A DNA stretch of 55,112 nucleotides, taken from assembly GCA_001600815.1 (NCBI GenBank), contig BCKZ01000026.1, forward strand, positions 210,730 to 265,841, written 5' to 3'. This stretch comes from Alloascoidea hylecoeti (Eukaryota). The notes beneath the pieces are model-generated. The model saw only the letters and a program-made list of their open reading frames with translations. It made no database searches and was not told the origin of the DNA. Every line of letters starts with the position of its first letter. Position 1 is the first letter of the stretch. The translations under genes were made by a program, and so were the position numbers. This document shows, piece after piece, positions 1 to 10,294 of this stretch.

Positions 1-480
1 CCATAATGATGGAGACTGGGTAGTAATGATTGTTCCAATTCCAGCTAATTGAAATATTAGCGTTTTAATATTGATTGAATAGTGTATATATTCCAATTGC
101 AAGTACATACGCTGATAATAGCATTCTTGATACGGAGAACCAGTCTCTAATACTCTGAAATACTTCAAGACATTTGAATAGGGTTCAGGACCAAAATAAT
201 TAGTAGTCCCATCGAAGCACATTACAATATTTTTTGGAACTGTACCCTTGCTTTGATTGTTATTAGTTTGAGTAGCTCTTGATTTTTGATCATCAGTAAC
301 AACCGGGAATCTCAATCTAAAAGATCGTAATTTTGGTTGTTCTGAAATTGCTGTTGATATTGATGACGAAATAGAAGTTGAAACCGAAGGAGATGCCGAC
401 GTCGCAGTTGCTGTTCCAGCTGGAGTTCCAGTTGGAGTTCCAGTTGAAGCCGAAGTTGATGACTTAGATGGTTTGTTCAT
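1..480 (-). CDS. DUF2235 (Tle1-like alpha/beta hydrolase) protein, YEL023C-like; 5' part only, runs off the window
   Basis: ATG at 480. Manual translation gives MNKPSKSS...KNIVMCFDGTTNYFGPEPYSNVLKYFRVL...QECYYQ. Removing intron 110..45 (GTATGT...GCTAAT...TAG) restores the family motif YYQPGIGT. Not in the ORF track. Confidence 0.85.
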   Translation of the reverse strand, partial: MNKPSKSSTSASTGTPTGTPAGTATATSASPSVSTSISSSISTAISEQPKLRSFRLRFPVVTDDQKSRATQTNNNQSKGTVPKNIVMCFDGTTNYFGPEPYSNVLKYFRVLETGSPYQECYYQRMYLQLEYIHYSINIKTLIFQLAGIGTIITTQSPSLW

Positions 481-750
481 AAGAAACATATAACTTCGCT
501 TTAAGGGCCATTTAAATGGCTTTTATACCCCATCTCTTCGGAGCAGTATAGCCCATTATTTATGTATCATCACAACTATATGTGTCCGAGATGTCATGAC
601 CTCATCCCTTATTAGGGAAAAATGTTTCTGAAAAGAGACATATTATATAGCATCAATCAATCTTAAGCTTTTTATATAGTTGATAACTCAATTTCAATAG
701 CTGCTGAATAATTAAGGCACAGCTAGTTAACAAAAAAGCTTATCATTACA

Positions 751-820
751 CACGTGATACATCATAGGGCTATACCTCGATGCATCCAAATTGGGAAAGC
801 AAAGAGTAGTCACAGGGTAA
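751..820 (+). promoter_or_regulatory. RPS10 promoter motifs: Cbf1-type CACGTGA, Tbf1-like TAGGGCTAT, Homol-D-like TAGTCACA
   Basis: CACGTGA at 751-757, TAGGGCTAT at 765-773, TAGTCACA at 807-814 followed by GGGTAA; all 110-175 bp upstream of the RPS10 ATG. Confidence 0.5.
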
Positions 821-924
821 ATGTGAGAACGGCTTCACCTTCAGCTCATATTGAAACTTCTCACGTTCTTTTAGTTATTGGTAGTTAGTTAGAGAATTTT
901 ATTTGTTCGATCTATAATACAACA

Positions 925-1651
925 ATGCTTATCCCTAAAGAAGACAGAAAGAAGATCCACCTCTATCTTTACCAAGGTATGTGATTCCCCAAATCGCGAT
1001 ATATGACTAGTTGGATGGAAGGGTATTATTATATTAGTATATTGAAATCTTCAACTGAGATCAACAATATAATGGTTGACAACTTAAATATCAAAAGAAA
1101 TGTTTACAAATATTTGTTATAAAATTCAGTATCTGAAAATTCGTTAATATATTCGAAGTATTTCTAGACATTTACTACTATTTAAGAATATTCCTATTAT
1201 TCATTATCACCAACTTGAGATTTACATAATTGATATCTACTTCTCAACCCATTCAACAGTCTAATCTTCACATAAGCTATTATATTTACGATAGATCACT
1301 AACAGTTTTATAGAGGGTGTTGTTGTCGCCAAGAAGGACTTCAACCAGCCAAAGCACGAAGAAATTGACACAAGAAATCTCTATGTCATCAAGGCTCTCC
1401 AATCCTTGACCTCAAAAGGTTACGTAAAAACCCAATTCTCGTGGCAATACTATTACTACACCTTAACTGACGAAGGTGTTGAATATTTGCAATCATACCT
1501 TAATATTCCAAAGGGAGTTTTACCAAAAACACACTTGAGAGAGTCAAATCCAGAATCAGGTGAAAGAAATGCCAGAAGACCAAGACGTGAAGGTGGTGAA
1601 GGTGGTTACAGAAGAAGAAACGATGCTGGTAGAGGCCGTGGTCCTCAATAA
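925..1651 (+). CDS. RPS10: 40S ribosomal protein S10 (eS10), 2 exons, 129 aa
   Basis: Exon 1 is 925-976 (MLIPKEDRKKIHLYLYQ). Intron 977-1313 has GTATGT, branch point CACTAAC at 1297-1303 and TAG. Exon 2 is 1314-1651 (EGVVVAKKDFNQPKH...QSLTSKGYVKTQFSWQYYYYTLTDEG). Confidence 0.98.
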
Positions 1652-2011
1652 ATTTAACAATTTGCTATTAGAATATGTTTTGGTTTCTTGCAATCTTACA
1701 AGGATTTGTAATTACTGATATATTGATAATAATTTAATTTTAAATACTCCATTGTACAATCTAAGATCAAAATCAAATACATTTATTAATGACATAATTG
1801 GTTTACAATTTTACAATTGTAACTTTATAATATATTGTAACACTCCCAGAATTTTAAAATCAATTATTAGTTATATAGTCGGAAGTAGTGTGTGCTGATT
1901 ATTACTGCGAAGATCTCAGATATACGCGGGGCCACCTGTTCATATATTTAAGCATAATTGAGGTCACTTTTAAGACATCTAAAATAAACAGCACAATTAT
2001 TGAATATAGAA

Positions 2012-2959
2012 ATGGGCGCAGATGACGAATTAACGGTTAGTATCTAAATGCTCCCTGGAAATATTCTTCGACTTGTGGAAATCTAAACATTTATTATGTA
2101 AATGGCAACTAATACAAGAATGATCTTCAAACAGGTGAATCCGACTCCTTCTGAGGCATATGGAATGGATTCCAAACCAAGACCCCATTCTCAACAAAGT
2201 TATCAACAATCTTATTCGCCAAATCAGCAAACTTTTAGACCTCCTCCCCCTCAACAGATTCCCAGTAGAAAATCTTCTCCAAATCAAGGAAGACCTTATG
2301 CGGGGCCAGGTAATGCAAACAGCCAGAATAGTCTGAACAGTGGGAGAAGCTCTAACCATGGATCAGGATCAGTTTCATCTCAACCATCTGGACAATCGGG
2401 TGCAATGCCTTATTTACCACCACAAGGCACCGATGTTCAAAGACTAGAAAGACAATTACATGATTTATTTAATAAGGTTGATATTAATAGAACAGGTGTT
2501 CTATCAGAATATGAACTATCAAATGCTTTATTGAACAATGATTATAGTCGTTTCAATTCGGATACAGTAAGACTGATGATAAAATTATTTGATAAAGATG
2601 GAACTGGATCAATTGGTTTTAGGGAATTTTATCATTTATGGAATTATATAGCTTATTGGAGACGTATTTTTCAACAATTTGATTCAAACAATAGTAAAAC
2701 AATTTCATTTCAAGAATATTCCCATGCGTTGGAATCATTTGGCTATCATATTTCAACAGATACTGTTTTATATATCTTTCAAAAGTTTTCACAGTATCGA
2801 CAAGGAGCGCAACCTTCTATGCAATTTGATATGTTTGTTGAATCATTGGTTTGGTTATTAAGATGTACAAATTCTTTTAAGAAATATGATACTAGAGGAA
2901 CCGGTATCGGAACTATTCCTTTTCAAGATTTTGTCATGGAGGTAATGAATTTTCGATAA
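2012..2959 (+). CDS. PEF1: Penta-EF-hand protein (peflin/ALG-2 family)
   Basis: P/Q/S-rich N-terminus followed by EF-hands (DINRTGVLSEYEL, DKDGTGSIGFREF, DSNNSKTISFQEY). A short exon 1 at 2012-2035 with intron 2036-2134 is probable; otherwise the start is the ATG at 2102. Confidence 0.9.
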
Positions 2960-3570
2960 ATCTTATAGCTGTCAATTTTTTTCGCAGTATTAATAATACA
3001 TTTTGATATTATTTGATATACCCTTCGTTGTTTGGTGGTCTAGACAAGTGTTATCATATACAAGTACAATTATTTTGTTATCATTAACGTTCTACACTAT
3101 AGATAGATTCAAATTAAATTGATCGTTTTATATTACATAGCCTTTATATTACAGCTATTGACTTTTTAAAAGCAATTGTGTTTGCAATTGGTTGTTCGTT
3201 ATTGCAATGAGCATTTTTTCCATTTAATTCAACTTTTTTATTCAATTAATATTGTAACTCTCTTGAATTTTGTGTGTTATGCTAGTTTGTGAATATATCG
3301 ATGCATATCCCAGAGAATCGATATAGTTATTATAGTTGGCATAAACTTAGTTTCTAGTAATTGATCTAGCTGCCAGATAATACATGCTTTCCCTTATTCC
3401 CTTATGCTGATAATAATATTTCTATTTCAGATATACCCGATATATAGCTATAAAATCTTATACAGATCTTAAAATTAGATCAGCTGTAATACACATCTGC
3501 ACTCAACAATTTTATAAATTTTATTTTTCCTCTCAATCTTTCTTATGTTCCAATCCATCTTCGCAATCCG

Positions 3571-4046
3571 ATCCATCTTCAGGATCAAATGAATTCTCCC
3601 ATTAAGAGCAGAAAATAAATAATAATATGGGGTTTACTGTGACCCATTTTGCATCAAAGCATCCCCTTCTTTCATTAATGCCAAACCATTCTTTGATCTA
3701 TTATTCAGGATTTTTCTTCCTACTTGAGAAGGACTTAATAATCCAAATAGAAATCGAGCCTAGAAAGTCACTGAAGCATAGAAAAGAAATGATTAAAAAG
3801 TGAATATTAATATTTGTCAGAGTAAACTGGTCTTCATTTCCTACTATATACATGCTTTAGTGCCTTTTCAGGCTCGATTTATATTGAATTTTGTAACCTT
3901 ATACAGTAAGAGAAAGGGGTGGAGAAATAATTCAAAGAACGGTTCAAATGAAAGAATGGGCTGATTTTATGCAAAATGGTAAGAGCCCATAACATTATTT
4001 GATTTTAATTCTTCACGAGAGAATTCATTGGTTCCTGAAGATGGAT
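3571..4046. repeat. Long imperfect inverted repeat (decayed palindrome/foldback), arms ~220-240 bp
   Basis: ATCCATCTTCAGGATCAAATGAATTCTC (from 3571) pairs with GAGAATTCATTGGTTCCTGAAGATGGAT (ending 4046). Exact internal pairs: 3644-3654/3969-3979, 3667-3676/3947-3956, 3751-3761/3870-3880. Centre palindrome AATATTAATATT at 3803-3814. Confidence 0.85.
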
Positions 4047-4224
4047 TCTATCCTACGTGGAGGAAGTGAAATCGTATAATAACAACATCTGATATCTTCG
4101 CTTCTACATACCGAGTATATTTTTACTTGATTACATAGAAACTATACAATTGTAATATTATGTTTTAATCTGGTAATATCACCATCTTGTATAAGATATA
4201 TATATTTCTGTGAATTTCAAATAA

Positions 4225-4793
4225 TCATGAAGAATACTTTTTCAACATTTCTTCTGTCCCAGACTCATCAATGGCTATAACACCATGATCCCAATCAACT
4301 ACAACAGGATGCTCTAACTTTATTTTTAAACCATCATATTGCTGCTTTGAAATAAAGGGAGTAGTACTGCTTTCCCTATCTTCAATCCAAGGATATATAG
4401 TCTTTAACTTTTCTTTTTGTTGTTGTTCCAATAATAATTGATAAATAGATTTGGCTTGTTCATAAGTTGGATTTGATTCCGTGATTTCTAAATTGAATTT
4501 TGGATTTGCATCCTCCTTTTTAAAGGAAAAAAAAGATAAAAAACTATTCGATTTTTTAGTTTTTGTCACTTTTTCAGTATCATCATGATCATTATTCAAA
4601 TCTTCAGATGATTCTAAATATGCATATGCATTTGATGGACTAGATTTGAGTTTTTTGAGCAAAGTTATAGACAATGGACTTTTGGAAGCATGACTAAAGA
4701 GAATATTAGAAACAAGAATATTATATTAGATATAATATTAGATATTTACAATAGAGTAACTGCTCCGGGAAGGTTTTGTAAAGTCCTGATCAT
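4225..4793 (-). CDS. FMP46: Fmp46/DUF1687 family putative mitochondrial redox protein, 2 exons, 170 aa
   Basis: Exon 1 is 4793-4750 (MIRTLQNLPGAVTL). Intron 4749-4694 is 56 nt (GTAAAT...TCTAAT...TTTAG). Exon 2 is 4693-4225. The spliced protein reads TLQNLPGAVTLFH...FNLEITESNPTYEQ...PVVVDWDHG, matching the family pattern. Confidence 0.8.
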
Positions 4794-4877
4794 TTTAAGA
4801 GCTTAAACAGGGTTAACGTAATTATGTAAAACAATATTATATAATTTATACTACTTAATATTGGTGAGGTCTCTAGT

Positions 4878-4884
4878 TTACCCG
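4878..4884 (+). promoter_or_regulatory. Reb1-type site TTACCCG upstream of the FMP46-like gene
   Basis: Exact TTACCCG ~85 bp upstream of the ATG at 4793. Confidence 0.4.
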
Positions 4885-5679
4885 ATGCTGAAATATACAT
4901 ACATTTTGTTGCACTTTCGGAAAACACCCAATTGACCGAGAGAGCTCGGGCTATTTATAATAATTGTTGTATAGCTCACACTTCTCAAATTTAGTCTAAA
5001 GAGATAGCCCTTTTTGGAATGGTTATCGATTTCGTTCCGTCATTTGAGTATCTCTCCATTTATGCTTACCTAATAGTCCTTAGTAGCAGCATGGTAGGGT
5101 AACTTCTCACCTATGATGAAATCTACTCGTATAATAGTATAATTCAGTATAGTTGTCCTTCCAACTTTAAATCTCCCTGCTTCCTTCTGTTCTACATTTT
5201 CACAAGTTCACCTGCGGAGAATTTCTAGTGTTGTGTTGTCTTCTTACCCTGTATTATCTGGGATTCAGCATAAATATATGTGTATGTCATTTTCTTTCAA
5301 GTCTATAGCAATAATGAATTATAATTTTTTTTCAAAATTTACTATTTAGAATTACAACATCATTTTATTAATATTCCAGACACGATTTTTGAATTAAAAA
5401 AAATCTTTCTGGAATTAATAAATGATGGTAAAAGAACTTTGAAGATAACACCGCTGTTTTCTTCCTACAATTCATAATGTTCAACCATTGGAATTCGAAT
5501 ACAGAGAAAGTGGAGCTAGTATGCTACAAGTATAATAAGCACATTTCTTTTTACTTCTGAGTTGTACTCAATTATAAGTTTATAATTAACGTTGTCTATG
5601 AATGAATTGGTTTCAAATCTCTCTAGGTTTAGAGCAGAGTTATTTATAAATAAGATCTCTAAAAGACACTCAATAATAT

Positions 5680-6032
5680 ACGAAACTATATGAAGTCAAA
5701 GAAACTTTAATTGACTTCAGCTTTAAAACTCTTGCAATTGTAGGTAAACACAAGTCATATTAATATTGTAATGAATATAATTTCATGGTATCCTTGTTAT
5801 AAGCATTATTTTCATTTTCTTTTAAAAGAAATATTGAAATTTAATATAATGAAAAATTATAAAGATGAAATTAAACAAACACCTCCTTCATATTCTGCAT
5901 TAAAATTAAATGGTACACCTTTATATATGATTATACAGGAAATGGTAAGAAAAATTAAAAAAAGAAATTGAACCAAGATTAATTGATATCTTAAATTTTG
6001 AATTAATTAAAAATGGTTTTAGTTTTGATCAT
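5680..6032 (+). pseudogene. PUS4: Frameshifted fragment of tRNA pseudouridine-55 synthase (TruB/Pus4)
   Basis: IKQTPPSYSALKLNGTPLY (~5870-5927), then after frameshifts DY.GNGK...EIEPRLIDI...FDH, paralleling Pus4 [23 protein letters not shown]...IEPR. No catalytic GTLD motif seen. The 5' boundary is uncertain. Confidence 0.75.
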
Positions 6033-6176
6033 GTATTGTTATTTCGAACTCTATTTCAACCTCAAAGTCTATTATAATTCATATATATTTTGCTTCTATG
6101 TCGATATCTAAGTATAGCTGTAGAATATATACAATACTTTCTTTTTAAAGGTTCAATATATGGTCTTGGCCAAAAA

Positions 6177-7730
6177 TCAAATATTTATAGTTTTCAGATT
6201 TTTAGAAACTTCAAAATCAGCTTCAGTCACTTTTTTAACATCTTCCAAAGTTGTGTCTTTTGCTATTTCAACCATAACCAATCCTTTACCTTTGACGACA
6301 TCCCAAACACCTAGTTCAGTAATTATACGCTCAACACATTGGGTTCCTGTAAAAGGAAATGTGCATTCTTTAACAAGTTTTGGATTGCCATTTTTATCAG
6401 TGTGCTCCATTACAACCACAACCCTCGTTTTATCAGGATTTGAAACTAAATCCATAGCACCACCCATCCCTTTAATTTTACCAGGCAACCCCCAGTTCGC
6501 TAAATCACCGTTCTGAGACACTTGTAAAGCTCCTAATATGGTTAAATCAATCTTACCTGCTCTAATCATTGCAAATGATTCTTCATTACCAAATAAACTA
6601 GCACCAGGCAATAAAGTAACAGTTTCTTTACCAGCGTTAACAACATCAGGATCCTCCTTACCAGGCTCAGGATAAGGACCAGTTCCTAAAATACCATTTT
6701 CGGATTGTAGAGTCACATGTATATTTGATGGTAAGTAATTAGCTGCTATAGTGGGCATTCCAATACCTAGATTAACATATTGACCATCTTCAAATTCTTG
6801 GGCAGATCTTTTAATGATTTTTTGCCTTTTTAATTGTTGTAAAGTCAATTCAATTTCTTTTTCACCTTTTAAATTTGAAGTTTCGGATATTGGTTTTGAT
6901 AACGTTAAATTTTCAATATCTTTTGGATATTCAGCAGTTATAATTCTATCAACAAAGATCCCAGGTAAATGAACATCTTCAGGTTTTATCGTACCTACAG
7001 GTACAATATTATCAGCTTCAACAATAGTTATTTTAGCATTTCTACCAAATATATTGTTGAAATTCCGGGCCGAACCTTTAAACCAACAATTACCAACTTC
7101 ATCAACAATTTCAGCTCTTATAATCGCAAGATCACCATTAATTGCTTCTTCTAATAGATATTTTTTGCCATTAAAGTCACGGGTTTCGCGTGGTTTACTT
7201 GTTTTCAGAATTTTTGTACCATTACTGTCTTTCTCATATAAGAGTGGTAATGTTCCTTCTTCAACCATCGTACCTACACCAGTAGCTGTATAAAAAGCCG
7301 GTACACCAGCAGAACCAGCCCTCACCTTTTCAGCAATAGTGCCCTGTGGAGTTAATTCCAATTCAATTTTTCCATTTAAATAACTGGATTCGAATATTTT
7401 ATTTCCGCCTAAGTAGCTTGCTACCATTCTTGAAATTTGACCCGAACCAATTAAAACGTTTAATCCTTTACCTTTACCACCAGAATTATTTGAAACGGCA
7501 GTGATATTGTTAATTTGTGAAGGTCTTGCCAAAATACCATTTATTAAAGTTTCTGGAAGACCCGAGATTCCAAATCCACCAGAAAGTATAGTGACATTTG
7601 ATGGTATGTCTGAAAGAGCTTCATCCAGAGTCATAACTTTAGACTTGAAAGCTCTTTTTGCAATCAAAACCGAACCAAAATTTAATCTAGAAGACTTTGA
7701 AATAATATCTGATTTGAGAAAGCGAATCAT
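6177..7730 (-). CDS. Succinyl-CoA:3-oxoacid CoA transferase (SCOT/OXCT-type, fused A+B domains), probably mitochondrial
   Basis: ELELTPQGTIAEKVRAGSAGVPAFYT, YVNLGIGMP, catalytic QSENG, KGMGGAMDLV; basic N-terminal presequence. First ATG at 7730. Confidence 0.93.
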   Translation of the reverse strand: MIRFLKSDIISKSSRLNFGSVLIAKRAFKSKVMTLDEALSDIPSNVTILSGGFGISGLPETLINGILARPSQINNITAVSNNSGGKGKGLNVLIGSGQISRMVASYLGGNKIFESSYLNGKIELELTPQGTIAEKVRAGSAGVPAFYTATGVGTMVEEGTLPLLYEKDSNGTKILKTSKPRETRDFNGKKYLLEEAINGDLAIIRAEIVDEVGNCWFKGSARNFNNIFGRNAKITIVEADNIVPVGTIKPEDVHLPGIFVDRIITAEYPKDIENLTLSKPISETSNLKGEKEIELTLQQLKRQKIIKRSAQEFEDGQYVNLGIGMPTIAANYLPSNIHVTLQSENGILGTGPYPEPGKEDPDVVNAGKETVTLLPGASLFGNEESFAMIRAGKIDLTILGALQVSQNGDLANWGLPGKIKGMGGAMDLVSNPDKTRVVVVMEHTDKNGNPKLVKECTFPFTGTQCVERIITELGVWDVVKGKGLVMVEIAKDTTLEDVKKVTEADFEVSKNLKTINI

Positions 7731-8418
7731 CTTCAAAATAAAACGTTAATTAATAAAGAAAGAAGTTTATGATAATATATATTTAAATTTTTTTCCAGTT
7801 TCCAAAAGCCGGCCGGTTAAGGAAACATGTTGAAATCTTTTTCGTTTCGTGGGGATTTCATGTAACTTTAAAGTTAATATTAGAATTATGATTAGTTAAC
7901 TGGGTTCTGATCATGGTGATCAATTCGGGTATTACATAATGATACATCTCACATATTAATCGTGCCTGCAACCGGTAACAATTCGTGCTTCTGTAGAAAA
8001 CAGTTGACATCCCATATAACTAGCAATTAGACTGCAATTACAATACATTTCTTTGAATATCACGGTCTAGGAACTAATTATATGGTCAAAATAACTTCAG
8101 TGGATTGTAGACTAATTACCACACACGTATAATAAATGGAAGAAATTCCCCATATATGCTTCAACCTCAAAAAACAGCATAATTCGCTAATATGCCTGAT
8201 TTTTTAAGTTTTACTCCACAAAGTCTACTCTGATCATTTTAGGCACTCAATAAAAAGAAATCAAGGAGAAATTTCATTATTCCAAGACCGTATTAATTAT
8301 ACAATTAACCATTATCTCCAATGAATCTGAATGAAGTAGTGATATATAGCTATTGTTTAGATGCATATTTTGATTATATATTTAATATAATATAATCTTT
8401 ACTTATTATATGATTAGA

Positions 8419-10230
8419 TTAGAATAATTCACCGAATTCATCATCATCATCTTCGTCATCATCATCCTCGAGATTATTACCCAATTCGGTATCATTCCGT
8501 GCTTCTTCTAATAATCTATTGGCATCAATACCCAAACCATCACTTTTATCAGTTTCATTTTCATTTTCTTGTTCAAGTGCCTTTTCATCTGTTGGGTTAT
8601 CTGTTTGGTCATTTGCTTGCTCAATTTTATTTTCGTGTTCATTTTGATTTTCATTTTCTTCATCATTATCGACTTCATCATTATCCAGATCATCATCGTT
8701 TGTAGGGGACTTTTCCTTATCAGCGTCATTATTATTTGTTTCTCCTTCAACATTTTTTAATTGACGTTTCTTCATTTCCAATTCTTGTTTTAATTTATTA
8801 ACAACACCCATAAATCTACTAATCAATAAAGGATTTTGATATGATTTTGCATCTGTGATTTTTTCTTGAATTTTCGTTTCTAATTCTGTAATTTCTTCGA
8901 GTAACATTTTCTTATGTTGCTCTTTTTCATCTATCATGTTCTTTCCTTCCCTGTTGTCCATTTCATCTTCTGACTCATCATCATCATCGTCATCGTCGTC
9001 TTCGTCATCTTCATCATCCTCATCCTCATCATCACCACCTTCTAAGGCTTTTTCTAGTTCAACTCCAAGAGTTTCAATATCATCGCCAAAGTTTTCAATA
9101 TCATCTGCATTGACTTCAACTTCAACACTGTTACGATCAATACCAGTATTATGTGGTGTTTGAATGTTTTTAAAGTCATCATTATCAAGTTCAACTTCCA
9201 TATCTATATCCATATCACCACCAAGCATGTCAAATGGAGTTTCTGATTCATCTTCAACATTATCATCATTCATTACTGAAGAATCTCTTTCTAAAGACTG
9301 AGGATCTATTAATTCATATTGAGAACCTTCAGCTTCAGCGTCTAGTCTAAATAATTCATCAACTTTTGCTTCAACACTTTCAATTACTTTATTTGATAAT
9401 CTTTTTCTAAACCGTCTTTTTCTGACATTAAATAAAGGAGTCGATAAACCATGTTGAAAATTTAAATTATCATCTTTAGAAGTTAAAGGATCTGATTTAA
9501 ATTTTTCATTTATCTCCACTTCATCATCTTCATTATTGATTATACCGCCAACATATAAAACCTGACAAATATCAGCATTTTTAAATAAATTTTTTCTATC
9601 TAAACTTTTATGAGCTTCAATAATGCACGGCAGATCCATTAGCCTTGCTATATATTTATTATGATGAATTGTTATTATTGCTTTTCTTTGTTCAATAAAT
9701 TTGATGTTAACATTACGGAAATCACCATCTTCCGTACACTGACGTAAATAATCACAATCAGGTCCTGGCTTCATTCTAAATAAAATGGCTTCTTCTATTA
9801 ATGGATCATCTTCTTGATCAGGTGCTTCTGAGTCATATCCTTGTCCTGGCTGACGGGTTGGTTTAACACGTATTCGAGGGATACTCATCACTCCTCTATT
9901 ACTATTGAGTAGTTTTTTCATTGGGGGTTTTAATTTTATTGAAACATTATTTGGATTTTTAATTCGGATACTTTTAGTTGAAGGTTTAACATCGTGTGGT
10001 AATGGTAGTTTGACTTTTAATTTTGGCTTTGATTTTGATTTTATTGGTGTTGATGAAAATGATAATCTTTTCGTGTTTCCTGCTGTACCATCTTCGAACT
10101 TTGATGCTTTTATTTTTATCTTCGGTTTCTTTTTATTTACTTTTGATGAAGAAGGAGCTGAGTTTGCTGCGCTTGAAGTTGAGTTTCCCGGTGATGACGG
10201 ATTGCCTGGCTTCAGCTTCAATTTAATCAT
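8419..10230 (-). CDS. TAF7: TFIID subunit TAF7 (TAFII55_N domain) with acidic C-terminus
   Basis: GYDSEAPDQEDDPLIEEAILFRM, LMDLPCIIEAHKSLDRKNLFKNADICQVL, HGLSTPLFNVRKRRFRKR. First ATG at 10230. Confidence 0.95.
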   Translation of the reverse strand: MIKLKLKPGNPSSPGNSTSSAANSAPSSSKVNKKKPKIKIKASKFEDGTAGNTKRLSFSSTPIKSKSKPKLKVKLPLPHDVKPSTKSIRIKNPNNVSIKLKPPMKKLLNSNRGVMSIPRIRVKPTRQPGQGYDSEAPDQEDDPLIEEAILFRMKPGPDCDYLRQCTEDGDFRNVNIKFIEQRKAIITIHHNKYIARLMDLPCIIEAHKSLDRKNLFKNADICQVLYVGGIINNEDDEVEINEKFKSDPLTSKDDNLNFQHGLSTPLFNVRKRRFRKRLSNKVIESVEAKVDELFRLDAEAEGSQYELIDPQSLERDSSVMNDDNVEDESETPFDMLGGDMDIDMEVELDNDDFKNIQTPHNTGIDRNSVEVEVNADDIENFGDDIETLGVELEKALEGGDDEDEDDEDDEDDDDDDDDESEDEMDNREGKNMIDEKEQHKKMLLEEITELETKIQEKITDAKSYQNPLLISRFMGVVNKLKQELEMKKRQLKNVEGETNNNDADKEKSPTNDDDLDNDEVDNDEENENQNEHENKIEQANDQTDNPTDEKALEQENENETDKSDGLGIDANRLLEEARNDTELGNNLEDDDDEDDDDEFGELF

Positions 10231-10286
10231 TTTTATTAGACACAACAGTGTTCAAAAATGATTCAAGAGGAGTGGTGTGATGATGA

Positions 10287-10294
10287 TTACCCGG
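10287..10294 (+). promoter_or_regulatory. Reb1-type site TTACCCGG upstream of TAF7
   Basis: Exact motif 57 bp upstream of the TAF7 ATG. Confidence 0.45.

Noticed and set aside
977..1313. Possible intronic C/D snoRNA in RPS10
   Set aside because: CTGA motifs are present, but there is no convincing C box with a terminal stem or rRNA guide.
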